From: Corallochytrium limacisporum Hawaii
Lineage: Eukaryota; Protista; Pluriformea
NCBI GenBank assembly: GCA_002811645.1
Contig: PDIP01000040.1
Span: 38,261 to 102,260 of the forward strand
DNA: 64,000 nt
Direction of reading: 5' to 3'
Positions 10,778 to 21,600 of this stretch are shown piece by piece. Positions within the stretch are counted from its first letter, which is position 1; each line of letters opens with the position of its first letter. Under the pieces are notes generated by a model. It was not told the DNA's origin. It did no database searches and worked only from the letters and a program-made list of their open reading frames with translations. The position numbers and the translations under genes were made by a program.

Positions 10778-11590
10778 ATGGGCGGCGGCATGATGAACGT
10801 TGATCACTCCCGGATCATCGTCAATACTGCAGAGTATGGCAAGGATGAGACTTGGATAGACGTCACTGACAAAGTACAACAGATCGCGTCCGATTACAAG
10901 GACGCACGCATCTGTATCGCCCGGCCCAAGACTATAATGAAGATCAAGAAGGACAAGGAGTACAATAGGTTATTCGGAGATCCCCTGCCCGGTCTGCGCA
11001 AACGCCTTCGTATTGCCTACAGTTTCATTGGCCCTGAACATAGCATGACGATTCCCTGCGGCAGTGCCGTGGCTTTGGACTTGGAAATGGCATGGATGCA
11101 TAAGCACAAATCTGTCGAGTTCGACAGGTTGCAACGACAGGGAATAAAGCGGTTGGAGCATGACCATTTAACGCGGTGTGATGGAGCTCATGGCAATAAA
11201 CTAGATGGTTATCAGGTGCAGAATCAAGGTGCGTATAAAGGGTACCCAGGCCGACCTGAAGTGCCGATCGTGCTTCGCAACTTCACAGCAGAGATCACTG
11301 CAGTGAATGCACCGACACGGGCACTGGACAACCACACCGAAATGCACGCTGACGACGAGGATTTTGTTATGGATTTTCTTACACGCGATGGGCGGTGGGC
11401 GTATATCAGAGAAGAAGACACCCTGCGCATGGGTGAGCGGGGACAGGAGATCGAAGTTATTTACAGATTCAACGCCAACAACATTTGTATGGAATACGAG
11501 GAAGATGAGTACGTAAATGAAAACTATGAAACCGTCCTCGACTACATGTACCCACACATGATGCCACTTTGGAAATATCAGCAAATTTGA
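10778..11590 (+). CDS. Hypothetical protein with an N-terminal DUF3395/SUEL-lectin-like module
   Basis: 270-aa ORF with good Kozak context (ACAATGG). Pattern AEYG...IDVTDKVQ...NRLFGDPLPGLRKRLRIAY matches the 'FGDPxPGxxKxLxIxY' motif of DNAJC11 C-terminal/SUEL-like domains. Confidence 0.65.
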   Translation: MGGGMMNVDHSRIIVNTAEYGKDETWIDVTDKVQQIASDYKDARICIARPKTIMKIKKDKEYNRLFGDPLPGLRKRLRIAYSFIGPEHSMTIPCGSAVALDLEMAWMHKHKSVEFDRLQRQGIKRLEHDHLTRCDGAHGNKLDGYQVQNQGAYKGYPGRPEVPIVLRNFTAEITAVNAPTRALDNHTEMHADDEDFVMDFLTRDGRWAYIREEDTLRMGERGQEIEVIYRFNANNICMEYEEDEYVNENYETVLDYMYPHMMPLWKYQQI

Positions 11591-11667
11591 AGCAGACCAT
11601 CAAGCGTTTGTGATGTCAGTCAATACAAGGGTACCTAAGTATGTGTTTATGCGTTTGAGACCGCCAC

Positions 11668-12249
11668 TTAATTAGTCTTCATAGCCTTGATCGAAGGCAG
11701 ACCTTCAGCAAGCCCAGCAGCCTTGCGTTTGTTGAAGGGTGCATCGTCAGACTCTTGCCCCCTTTTCATGTCGTTGATGTCCTCGACGGCGGCGTCTAAC
11801 ACCACAGACTTGGTGCAGATTTGATGCCTGACAGTCTCGACCTTGGAAGTCTTATAAGAGTCAGGGCGCGTCTCCTTGTCTTCAGATTTGGCAATCATTT
11901 TATTAGTGGTCGTCTTGTCCTCCTCGTCCGTCCAGCCTGCCTTCAGTTCCTCGTCCTCTTTCTGATCAATCTTGGTCTCATCACTAGCTCGGCTCGAATT
12001 CTTCTCCTCTGGCTGGTATGTACTGGAATGATCTCCACTTTCAACTGATGCAATGTCGTCGGAGGTTCCATGTGGTGTGGTAACACTCTCCTTGGCCGAT
12101 TCGAGGGGATCGATCACTTCCTTTTGTACTAATGGAGTGTTCTCAATAGCGATTTGGGACATGCTGTTTAGGTCACGAAGAATCTTCTTGTATTGCACGA
12201 AACGTAGTAGATTCATTTCTTGTGGGCTCACTTCTTTAACTGGAGCCAT
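11668..12249 (-). CDS. Hypothetical charged, largely disordered protein
   Basis: 193-aa ATG ORF with an N-terminal helix (EMNLLRFVQYKKILRDLN), a D/E/K-rich body and an NLS-like KRK motif. Confidence 0.6.
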   Translation of the reverse strand: MAPVKEVSPQEMNLLRFVQYKKILRDLNSMSQIAIENTPLVQKEVIDPLESAKESVTTPHGTSDDIASVESGDHSSTYQPEEKNSSRASDETKIDQKEDEELKAGWTDEEDKTTTNKMIAKSEDKETRPDSYKTSKVETVRHQICTKSVVLDAAVEDINDMKRGQESDDAPFNKRKAAGLAEGLPSIKAMKTN

Positions 12250-12515
12250 TTGCGGATTGTGCCAGCTGAGGCTTTAAGTATCTGTGTGTTGGCATCGCTG
12301 AGCACAACCACCACCAACGAGTGAGACTTGGTTTCGAAAAATTGAAGGCGTTAGTCTTTCCCCCCTCCCCCACACTTGGAGACAGATGAGACCCCGTGTT
12401 CGGGAGTCTAATAACCTACGAAATAACCCGCCTCTGCTCAAACTTAAACCGGAAACTCAAAGGCATGATACCACAGTTCTCGCTTGGCCGGTTGCTAGAC
12501 CGATATGTATGTTCT

Positions 12516-14024
12516 TTATTTGATCTTTTGACGCTTAGTTGGCGGCTCCTTACCAGCCTTCCTTGCATCATAGCAGGCCTTGATGCGGTCCTTGTTTTCC
12601 TGGCTGGCCTTGGCATGGTCGACGATAGGTTCGGGGTAGTCAGTTCCAATGATACAACCAGCCTTCTTCTGCACCTCCTTGGGTGCCTTCCAGGGTTCGT
12701 ATATGTACTTGGCTGGCATGTCCTTGAGGACCGGCAGCATCTTCTTGACGAAAGTGCCTTCCTTATCGTACTTCTGCGGAAAGGATACAGGTGAGTACAC
12801 GCGGAAGAATTGGTAGAAGAAGCAGCTGCAGCTAAGCCACATCCAGTTGGCGTGGTTGACGGCCCAATCAGCGTCCACAAGATATTTGTCAAATATGCGA
12901 GCACCTTCCTCCCAGTCCTGGTACAAATCGCCACGCGTCAAGAAACATGCTACGGCATGTCGACCAAGATGGTGCATCCAACCTGCCGTCTTGAGCTGTG
13001 TCATCAACGCGTCAATCCATGGAAAGCCGGTTTCGGCATTCTCCCACTTCTTTATCATTTCTGGGTCGTGGTCCCAGTCCATTTGGTATACAATTGGATT
13101 GCCCTTCATCTTATCATAGTTTGGGGTTGTATGCGCAACCAAGTAAAACCATTCACGGAAGATCAGCTGGCCATGGAGACTACCGGGTGGTTGTGCATGT
13201 TTGCCCTTGTACTTGTCGTATACCTTCTGGACTTCATGCCAGAACTTGCGCGCCGACAAACAGCCGAACTTCACGTACGGACTGAGCTGAGTGGTGTCTG
13301 GTTCGTGGACCATCATTGTAGGGTTGGTTTGTGGCTTCTCAAAGAGTGCTGTCCGCTTGCTTTGTTTCATAAAGTTGCTTAACCGGGTCAACCCATGGCT
13401 TTCTCCTCCAGTCCAAGGCAGCTGTACTTCCACCTCGGGGTACTTGATCTCCTCTAGAGTCGGGAGTGCGAATGATGATTTATTGTTCTCCACGCCCGTG
13501 GCCTTGGGCAGCTTGGTAGGAGCATCCTTTGGGGGTGGAATATTCTGACCTACAACAAGATTGGTGATTTGCTTCATCTGCATAGGGCATTTGCCACCAG
13601 TTTTGTTTAGTAGAACCTCTGGATTGAATAAGGTATGGGTCCAGTGGATAGATACATCCACTTTTTGCTTTTTTGCTACCTCCTCAACCCTAGCATCACG
13701 CTCCTTCGCGTACGGTTCAATGTCACCCTCAAACGACAGGAATCTCACGTCGTGCTCGTGGATGAAGTCAAAAAGTTCCTTAATCGGGTCGCCACGAAGC
13801 ACGATGAGCCGGCTACCCAGGCCTCTCAATGATTGGTCGAGGTCTTCCAATGCCTCAAACAGAAACTTGACTCGGATAGATGCAAGTTTTTCTTGGTCAT
13901 AGAAATGGGGATCGATACAAAATATTGGATACAAGCCGTTTGTTCCATTCTTTGCTGCCTCCAGTAGGGCCGGATTGTCGTGCAATCGCAGACCCTTCCG
14001 GAACCAGTGTACTGCCTTCGTCAT
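12516..14024 (-). CDS. (6-4) photolyase / animal-type cryptochrome family protein
   Basis: Motifs VHWFRKGLRLHDNPAL, TTQLSPYVKFGCLS, GFPWIDALMTQL, WMHHLGRHAVACFLTRGDL and NWMWLSCSCFFYQFFRVYSP; C-terminal NLS-like KRQK. Start moved to the first ATG at 14024. Confidence 0.95.
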   Translation of the reverse strand: MTKAVHWFRKGLRLHDNPALLEAAKNGTNGLYPIFCIDPHFYDQEKLASIRVKFLFEALEDLDQSLRGLGSRLIVLRGDPIKELFDFIHEHDVRFLSFEGDIEPYAKERDARVEEVAKKQKVDVSIHWTHTLFNPEVLLNKTGGKCPMQMKQITNLVVGQNIPPPKDAPTKLPKATGVENNKSSFALPTLEEIKYPEVEVQLPWTGGESHGLTRLSNFMKQSKRTALFEKPQTNPTMMVHEPDTTQLSPYVKFGCLSARKFWHEVQKVYDKYKGKHAQPPGSLHGQLIFREWFYLVAHTTPNYDKMKGNPIVYQMDWDHDPEMIKKWENAETGFPWIDALMTQLKTAGWMHHLGRHAVACFLTRGDLYQDWEEGARIFDKYLVDADWAVNHANWMWLSCSCFFYQFFRVYSPVSFPQKYDKEGTFVKKMLPVLKDMPAKYIYEPWKAPKEVQKKAGCIIGTDYPEPIVDHAKASQENKDRIKACYDARKAGKEPPTKRQKIK

Positions 14025-14682
14025 TTTTGGGAATTGCGGACGCAAACAGAATGCTAGTACGCCACTGCATTATGTCCACTTCATATTGTACTGAAAGGCA
14101 CCGAGTACTAAGTAGCCAGTCGGCCGAACTACCCCCTTGAGTCCTTATGCGCACAGGCTCTGACAGAGCCCGACGGTGCCCGCCCACCGGCGAAATCCAA
14201 AATTTGCCCCTTCCATTGCCTATAGAAATTGATTTATTGAGCGGATGGGTAGCCATGCCCTTACGCCCCCAAGCACCGGGGAACATGGCTGTCTGGTGGT
14301 GTTGTAGACGTGGACAGCACTCGCGTGGTCATTTGGAGTCACAGTCTCCAGAGTTCCTGATTTCTAGTCGTACGTGAAAGGAAAGGTGTGTACGTACGTG
14401 TCGGTAGGTGAAGCAAATTGAGAACAATCTGCCACTGTGTTTTGCGAGAGAGCCTGGACGAAACAGATCCTTAGAATGAAACTGGACATCACCCCAGATG
14501 ATGATCATGTAAAGAACTGGATTTAAACCCTGAATGCCTTATTCATTGATCTATACAAGTATAACTTAGTCATATAGGCACTCCATTATCTCGTCCTTGA
14601 CACTAGACATTCAAAAAGGAAGGTACTGAAGTACAGTTTATCTAGGTATATTCTTTTACCGCAGCCAACGGTGCTATGTTTT

Positions 14683-14982
14683 CTATGCCAGGCTACGCTT
14701 ATCAGGGGGGTTAAAGAGTGTGCTCTGAAGCACATATGATCCAACCATAGCCCCACTCGCAAGTACACCTCCGATCGTCAACATACGAGCTTTCTTGTTC
14801 TTCATTGGGCGAGTGGCAATTACTGTAAGTGGGATCAAAGGCACGTAGATAAAGGGAGCAAACTGCATGATCCCTGCCCGCCTATTTGACCTCTCCAGCT
14901 CCCCATTCTCAAACTTCCGCTGGTGCTCAAGGATACGCTCTTCCTCCTTTTCAGGGTCGATCTTTCCGTACGGTGCACTCAT
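14683..14982 (-). CDS. Small two-TM membrane protein of unknown function
   Basis: 99 aa from the ATG at 14982 (AAGATG context). Charged N-terminus followed by two hydrophobic segments (FAPFIYVPLIPLTVIA; MLTIGGVLASGAMVGSYVL). Confidence 0.65.
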   Translation of the reverse strand: MSAPYGKIDPEKEEERILEHQRKFENGELERSNRRAGIMQFAPFIYVPLIPLTVIATRPMKNKKARMLTIGGVLASGAMVGSYVLQSTLFNPPDKRSLA

Positions 14983-16732
14983 CTTGATGGTTTCTATTGT
15001 CACAGTGCTACACAAAAACTATGAGTGTTATACACAATTGTCTATTGCGTACTGACAGAATCATACCAGTTTAAGTAGTTCAATACCACATCGCCAACAT
15101 TCATCAGTGCCTGTGTAAAGCTGAGTTCCGGGCGGCTGTTGCTTTGACGAGCGTGTGTGAGACGTCGTCTGCGTCACCGTCCCTTCTCTAGGCCAGTGGT
15201 TTCGCATCTGCACAACTCCATCCACCCTCTCCGGTATTAGACTCCCTCTAATCCAAATAAATATGTTGTTAGGTTTACGGTTAATTGAAGTTGCCCGACC
15301 GCTGTTGGTTTCCGTGCAAAAGGCACGGGGAATACACGTACGGTGGTACATTGACTATGAAAGCGGGGCATTTCGACCCGCTTCGTGTCTGGCCAGGCCC
15401 CCCGGTGCATTCGTCACCGTTCTGCTGCAGCGGCCACTCAGGAGCACATTGCCCCGGCGGCCAACCGAGGGGAATTAAAAAAGCTCCTCCCAGTGGGCGG
15501 GAGGGGGGGGGAGAGGGGAGGGCGCCATTGGCGGCCAGTTTCTCAGTTTCTTGGGTATGGCGAGGGGAAGCAGAACGGTGCCAGGAGGGGCGGGGTAGCA
15601 ACAGGTCGTACGTTGGTATTAGCGCTTCCTTTTTCTTCGTCAACACCATGGCTTCTGACCTGCACCATTAATTCACGTAAGATCGAACGACCGAAGAGAC
15701 GGGAGGAAAACCAACCGGACGCACTGGCACCTGTTCGCTTCGTAAGGAAAGCAGAGTGTACCGGCTGTGCGGGCTCTCGGTCCGCGGGCAGGTCTTCCCT
15801 TGAAAATTGCGCCTCGAAAATTTGGCAGCAATTGCTGCACAAACCAAGGGGAAACTCGGTGAAGATACGGGCCCCCGCTTGCCCTTTTCGAAGACTCTAT
15901 CCTGTGCATGGTGAAGCCGTTGAGAACGATTGACAAATCGCCGTGAAACATCTCCAGCCGGGGGGTTTGGGTTGGGTTAAATTGCTTCCGGAGCACGTAA
16001 GTCCTTTTTCTTTTCTTCTGGCATGCAGCGGCGGAGAGTCTCTTTTTGACAAGAGGGTCTCGGCCGTTTGGGATCGCGCGTCTCTCGGACAAAGTCACAC
16101 ACCACCCAAACTCTCAAGAAAAAAAAAGACAGCGGTAAGTATCGTAAGGGTTCCACCGCTGATCTCGATCCGTTCCTCTAAATCCGGGCAGTAGCGGCGC
16201 GCCACCGGAAACAGAAATCGTGCGTCACTCAGTTTTACAAATTTTCTTCATTTGTCGTAATTTGCGCACTGGGCATTCTGCACCTCCTCCAACACCTCAG
16301 CCGGCGCCCGGTATCCCGTGACCGAAGGTCTGACTGCCAACAGAGGTGGGATGTGCTCTTGCATTCGCAAGCGCAGGAGTTTTTCCCGACGGGTGGTAAA
16401 CGTTAATTTGCCCCCGTAGTTCGGCGGTGGCTGTAACACTGTTGACACCTGGAGACGCTTCCCGCTGTTGTGTGACCCCCTTCGAACGGAAAGTTCGGGC
16501 AGTAGTGCCCATGGCTGGTTTCTGCTGGCCTGACGTGGCTTTATGTTTCTTTCAGCAGAAAGAGCGTTCAGCCTATGCCGTGTCTGTGCGGCAGGCATTG
16601 GCTTGTCCGATCCAAAGGTATTTTTTGGAATGAAATTTGTAATGGAGCTGTGTTGACGATAACTCAAAATATAGGCGTGGATGATGTGGCATACAGGATA
16701 AAAGGGAAAGCACATACGAATATACACAGAAC

Positions 16733-17971
16733 ATGCACTTGTACATACTGCTGCAGGTTGCGTTGACTGCACTGCTGTGCGGTCATGTAGAAGCCTGGGG
16801 CTATCATGGGCATAGGTTAGTTGCAAGCCTGGCAAAATTGCACCTCTCACAAGAAGTCGGAGAGTATATTGACAAGGTTGACGAAACACACTTCGGTGGC
16901 AATATGATTGATGATGCGTCACTGCCTGACAAATGGGATCATTCGAAGAAGCTGAGCTGGACCTTTCCGCTTCACTTCGTCGATCTACCAGACGATTCAT
17001 GCTCATACAATTCCACAGAGTGTATCTACGACGGACACAAGAACTTTTGCGTGGTGGAGGCGATTAAGAACTACACGCGCACAATAATCACAGACGACGA
17101 GGACGATGCCCGCAAGGCGTTTGCCTTGATCATGACCACCCATCTTGTGGGGGACATTCATCAGCCCATGCACGTGGCACATACGACAGACAGGGGAGGT
17201 AATTCTATTCACGTTCACTTCAATGGAAAGAAAACGAACCTTCACGGCCTCTGGGACTCGGACATGCTGGACTACATGTTGAAGACAGAGTTCGACGACG
17301 ACTTTGATAGACTATTGGGATATATTCAAAACAGACTGATGACAGAATGGTCTGACCAGGTTCAGACTTGGCTGGCCTGTCCAAATTCAAACCAGGACCT
17401 CTGCCCGAGCGCGTGGGCGGACGAGAGTGCCCATCTGAGCTGCAAAGTCGCTTATAACGAGGTCAAGGACGGAGACACTGTAAGCATGGACTACTACAAA
17501 ATACACAAGGATCTGATGTTGCAGAGGATTGCACAGGCAGCCCTCCGTCTCGGCAAATTGCTGAAACTAGCGGTGCATCCGAATGGAGGATTCATCGTTG
17601 CCAACAGGACCGATCCATTCGGACCGATTGATGGTGATCAAGACACCTCTGTGACTCCTCACGTTCCATTACCTGGCTTCGAGAACGATAACGCTTCATC
17701 GGAGATCTCCTCACAGACCAACCACGCCCATGTTCTCTATCTTGGTGCCTTCTTGGTTGCTACCATCATCGGCATGAACCTGGCATTGCGAAGGATGAGC
17801 CCAACCATGGCAGAAGCCCAGGATCAACTACCTTTGCTTGCACCCCCCAGCATGCGCGCCAGCTCTGTCAGCTACCATCGCGTGATGCTACCACGCAATC
17901 GCTCCACTTCATCATGCACTAGCTCTAGGCCAACGTCTCGTCTCGGCACCATCTATGAGGCTGAAGAATGA
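16733..17971 (+). CDS. S1/P1 nuclease with signal peptide and C-terminal transmembrane anchor
   Basis: Signal peptide followed by WGYHGH, LPDKW, LHFVD, HLVGDIHQPMH, DRGGN and NLHGLWDS (zinc ligands); TM segment VLYLGAFLVATIIGMNLAL. Confidence 0.95.
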   Translation: MHLYILLQVALTALLCGHVEAWGYHGHRLVASLAKLHLSQEVGEYIDKVDETHFGGNMIDDASLPDKWDHSKKLSWTFPLHFVDLPDDSCSYNSTECIYDGHKNFCVVEAIKNYTRTIITDDEDDARKAFALIMTTHLVGDIHQPMHVAHTTDRGGNSIHVHFNGKKTNLHGLWDSDMLDYMLKTEFDDDFDRLLGYIQNRLMTEWSDQVQTWLACPNSNQDLCPSAWADESAHLSCKVAYNEVKDGDTVSMDYYKIHKDLMLQRIAQAALRLGKLLKLAVHPNGGFIVANRTDPFGPIDGDQDTSVTPHVPLPGFENDNASSEISSQTNHAHVLYLGAFLVATIIGMNLALRRMSPTMAEAQDQLPLLAPPSMRASSVSYHRVMLPRNRSTSSCTSSRPTSRLGTIYEAEE

Positions 17972-18023
17972 GAAAGAGCTTAGATACTAAATTTTAGCAT
18001 ACCCACTACACAATACCTAGCTG

Positions 18024-18052
18024 TCACATCACATCACACATCACATTACATC
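18024..18052 (+). repeat. Short (TCACA)n microsatellite in the 3' flank of the nuclease gene
   Basis: TCACATCACATCACACATCACATTACATC. Confidence 0.7.
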
Positions 18053-18635
18053 CTGCACCTACGTACATATCAACATGCCGTATTTATATCTCTGGGCGAT
18101 CGGAAATGGACATGAAGGCCATGCCTATTAACTCACTCACTTTCAGATGGACCACGAAAGATAACGAAACCAAACTGACGGAGGGTGCGCAATCTACTTG
18201 GCCCTCAGGCCTCCGTCCCCCCTCCTCCCTACCACGACGCGGGTCCCCACTTTCAGCCACTTTCGCGCGCTTCCGGCTTCTCGGTCCCTCCACCACCCCC
18301 GCCACTCTGGCCCCTTTCTCTTTCTTCCCTCCCCCGTTGGTTGATCCCTTCCACCAACATTGATCCGGTGCCGATCAATGAAAGGTAAACAGGGTGAGTG
18401 AAAACCTATTCTTTTTCCTTTCACCATGGACTACAGGTATTTCATACGTGTCAGGATCCGAAACAGAGACGTGTCACATAAAAGACTTCTTACGCGGTTT
18501 GTGTAAAGAAAAAGGGAACGGTAATTGCGGATGCGGACAATACGAGCAAAGTAAGAACGGACGAGACAAAATCCATAACATGTTCTGTGGATCACAATAT
18601 AATAGGTAGGCTAAGAATAGACACGTACGTACAGA

Positions 18636-21600
18636 ATGGCGGATGCAAACAACAATAGCATGGACTCCATTCCTCCAGAGGCTCCACCTACGTCGGGGTC
18701 AACGGGACGCACTCGAAAAGCCACAGATGAGGATAGTCGCGCGTCCAACGAGCCGACACCGAAGCGCCGGCGCGAGAGCAGCGATTCTAACACTGGCGGA
18801 TCGTCTCGGAGACGGCCTAGTCTTGGCGGAGACAAAGCTTCACCAGTTGTCACCACTGTAATCAAACAGCCTATGAGCGGCTCTAAGCCGACAATGATCC
18901 AGGAAGAGGCAGAACCTACAGTAGATATTACCGGGACTACCCCACTCGTGGCTGCTGATGCAGCCGGGGGTACCACTACGTTGACAGCTGAAGATCCTCA
19001 GAACCTCGAACCACGGTACCTGAATGGTCACCTGGTCACACAGGACATGATCAATGCTGCGCAACAGAGCCGTCTGCTGCCGTTTGCGATGAACTATGAT
19101 GAGGCCCTCCAGTTCCCAGACGTTACCAACGTAAACCAGGTCAACGACTACGTCTACAGTCGAAACTGGATCCTTGCACTCTGGTTCAGTAATGTCCGGC
19201 GGTGGCTCGACTACAATGACATTGCAACGAATCCGGACTTTCTGAACATTACTCATGGACTGCCATATCGTCTGTGGCGCTACCTGACAATCGGGGGCTA
19301 TATCAATGTTGGAGTCGTGCAGAAGCCGACGCACACAAAGGAAATTCTCAGCTTCCCTCGGCGATATCACCGTCTTCTGGCCCGGTCGCAAGCCAGCACT
19401 ACCGTGCCTGGCACTATGAAAGCTGAGGACGAGCGCATGGAAATCGAGCGCGAAAATGCCATGCATGCAGGCCATATGCGCCAGCACAGGAAGATCAAAG
19501 CGGCACCAAAGATTGCGATAATCGGAGCTGGAGTCGCAGGTCTGTCATGTGCGCGCCAACTGCAGAATTTTGGTTTCAATGTTGTCGTCTACGAGGCCCT
19601 AGGTCGGGTCGGTGGTCGCGTTTGGACGAGGCGCACACCTGACGGTGTGGCATGCGATATGGGCGCCATGGTCCTTACTGGACTGAGCGGAAATCCTTTG
19701 GTCCATCTGCTGCGCCAGTTGAGCATCCCGCTCACTGCCGTTCGGTCAAAGTGCCCACTCTATGACATTGACGGACTTAGGGTACCTGCTGACGAGGACG
19801 ACCGATGGGAGTCTGCCTTCAACAAGTTCTTGGATGCGTGCTCCATGCTGCCAAAGGACCTGAAGGGAGCTGTGGATGAGAACGGGAATAAAACCCTGAG
19901 CCTTGGGGAGGCCTTTGAACGGGTCATGGAAAAGTGCAATCAACATTCACAAACAAACATGATTGCACAGCTTGACAAAGTGAAGGATGCTATGGCCAAG
20001 TTCAAACAGTACCTGCAAAAGGCCAATACCGAGGCAGCCGTAGCATCCAATGGAGGCGCAGGAGACGGATCAGCCTCGGCCACTGCTGGAGGTACAGGCG
20101 CAGACGCGGCTGAGACCGATGAACCCTCACGTCCCGTCCGTGCCGCGGCTAGTGCAGCTAAGGAAGCGTCGGCTGCAGCTGCTTCGGGCGCCAAGGACAG
20201 CGCTGCCACCGCCGGTGACGATGGCCTACCCACTGACCAGGCACTGCGTCAAGTCGCCGAGGAACTAGGCCGCAGTCAGAGCTATGAAATTACTGATCTT
20301 GGCAAACGATGCATCGAATGGCATTTAGCAAATCTGGAGTACGGCAATGCCAACTATCTGCACAATATCTCCCTCGAATATTGGGACCAGGACGATGGTA
20401 ATGAGTTCTTGGGCACGCACGTGATGGTGAAGCACGGCTACTCCGCCATACCCAGAGGGCTTGCTAATGGCTTGGACGTGCGCACGGGCCATGTCATCGA
20501 AAGCATCGACTACACCGCTGGTGATGATGGCCAGGTCATCATCAAGGGCCAGGCAATGAAGAAGGATGAGCCAGTTGTCACTAACTCATCCGGCAGCGCC
20601 CCGCAGATCATTATCAAGGGTGAAGATGACCAGCAAAAGGATGTCATACAGACCGGTATCAGTTCTAGTGCAATGGCAAATGGCGGCCACATTGCACCAC
20701 ACGACGGCCAGAACGTACCTATAGGGGTTATGGGCCAAATAGCACGCGCTGCGGAGGACCGACCCAGTGGCGTCGGTGACCGTGACAATGTGAAGAAGGA
20801 AGAGGAAGACAAGCAGGACACATTGTACGCGAATAACAGTGGCAGCGCCGACAGTATCGAAATGGCTCCGTTCCTAGACGAGGCAGACCATGTGGTTTGC
20901 ACTGTTCCTCTGGGCGTCCTTCAGCGCCGAAAGATCAAGTTTAATCCAGAGCTTCCGCACTGGAAACTGGACGCCATTGACAATCTCGGATTTGGGTGCA
21001 TGGAGAAGGTCGTATTGCGCTTCAATGATCAATTTTGGGGCAATGATGCAGATACGTTCGGTATCATGGGCGATGATGCTGATCGCCGTGGTGAGGGCTA
21101 CATTTTCTGGTCTCTTTCCGGGTCCTTCGAGACACCGTCCCTGTTGGCGATGCTTGCGGGCAAGGCAGCTATGGAGAGCCGGAATGTCAGTGACAGCGAG
21201 CTTGTAGACCGCGTGAAGGCCAAACTGAAGGAAGTATTCGGGTCCCGCTTCCAAGAGCCCATTGCACATGTCGTGACACGATGGAGCTCGGATCCGTTCT
21301 TTGGCGGCTCGTACTCCTCGCTTGGGCGCAACGCCCGGCCCGAGGACTACGATCTCACGGCGGTGCCGCTGGCATCGACTGGCGAGGCCTACAAGACGGT
21401 ACCCATATCGGACCGACGGAACAAGACCGTACCCGAGGCTGCTCCGGTCACACGCGAGGCACAGGAAGCCGCCATGCATTTCTTTGAAGCAACATCCCAG
21501 GCATCGCTGCGTCTACTCTTTGCCGGAGAACACACGATGCGTGCATACCCGGCCACCGTGCATGGAGCGCACTTGTCCGGTCTGCGGGAGGCGCAGCGAC

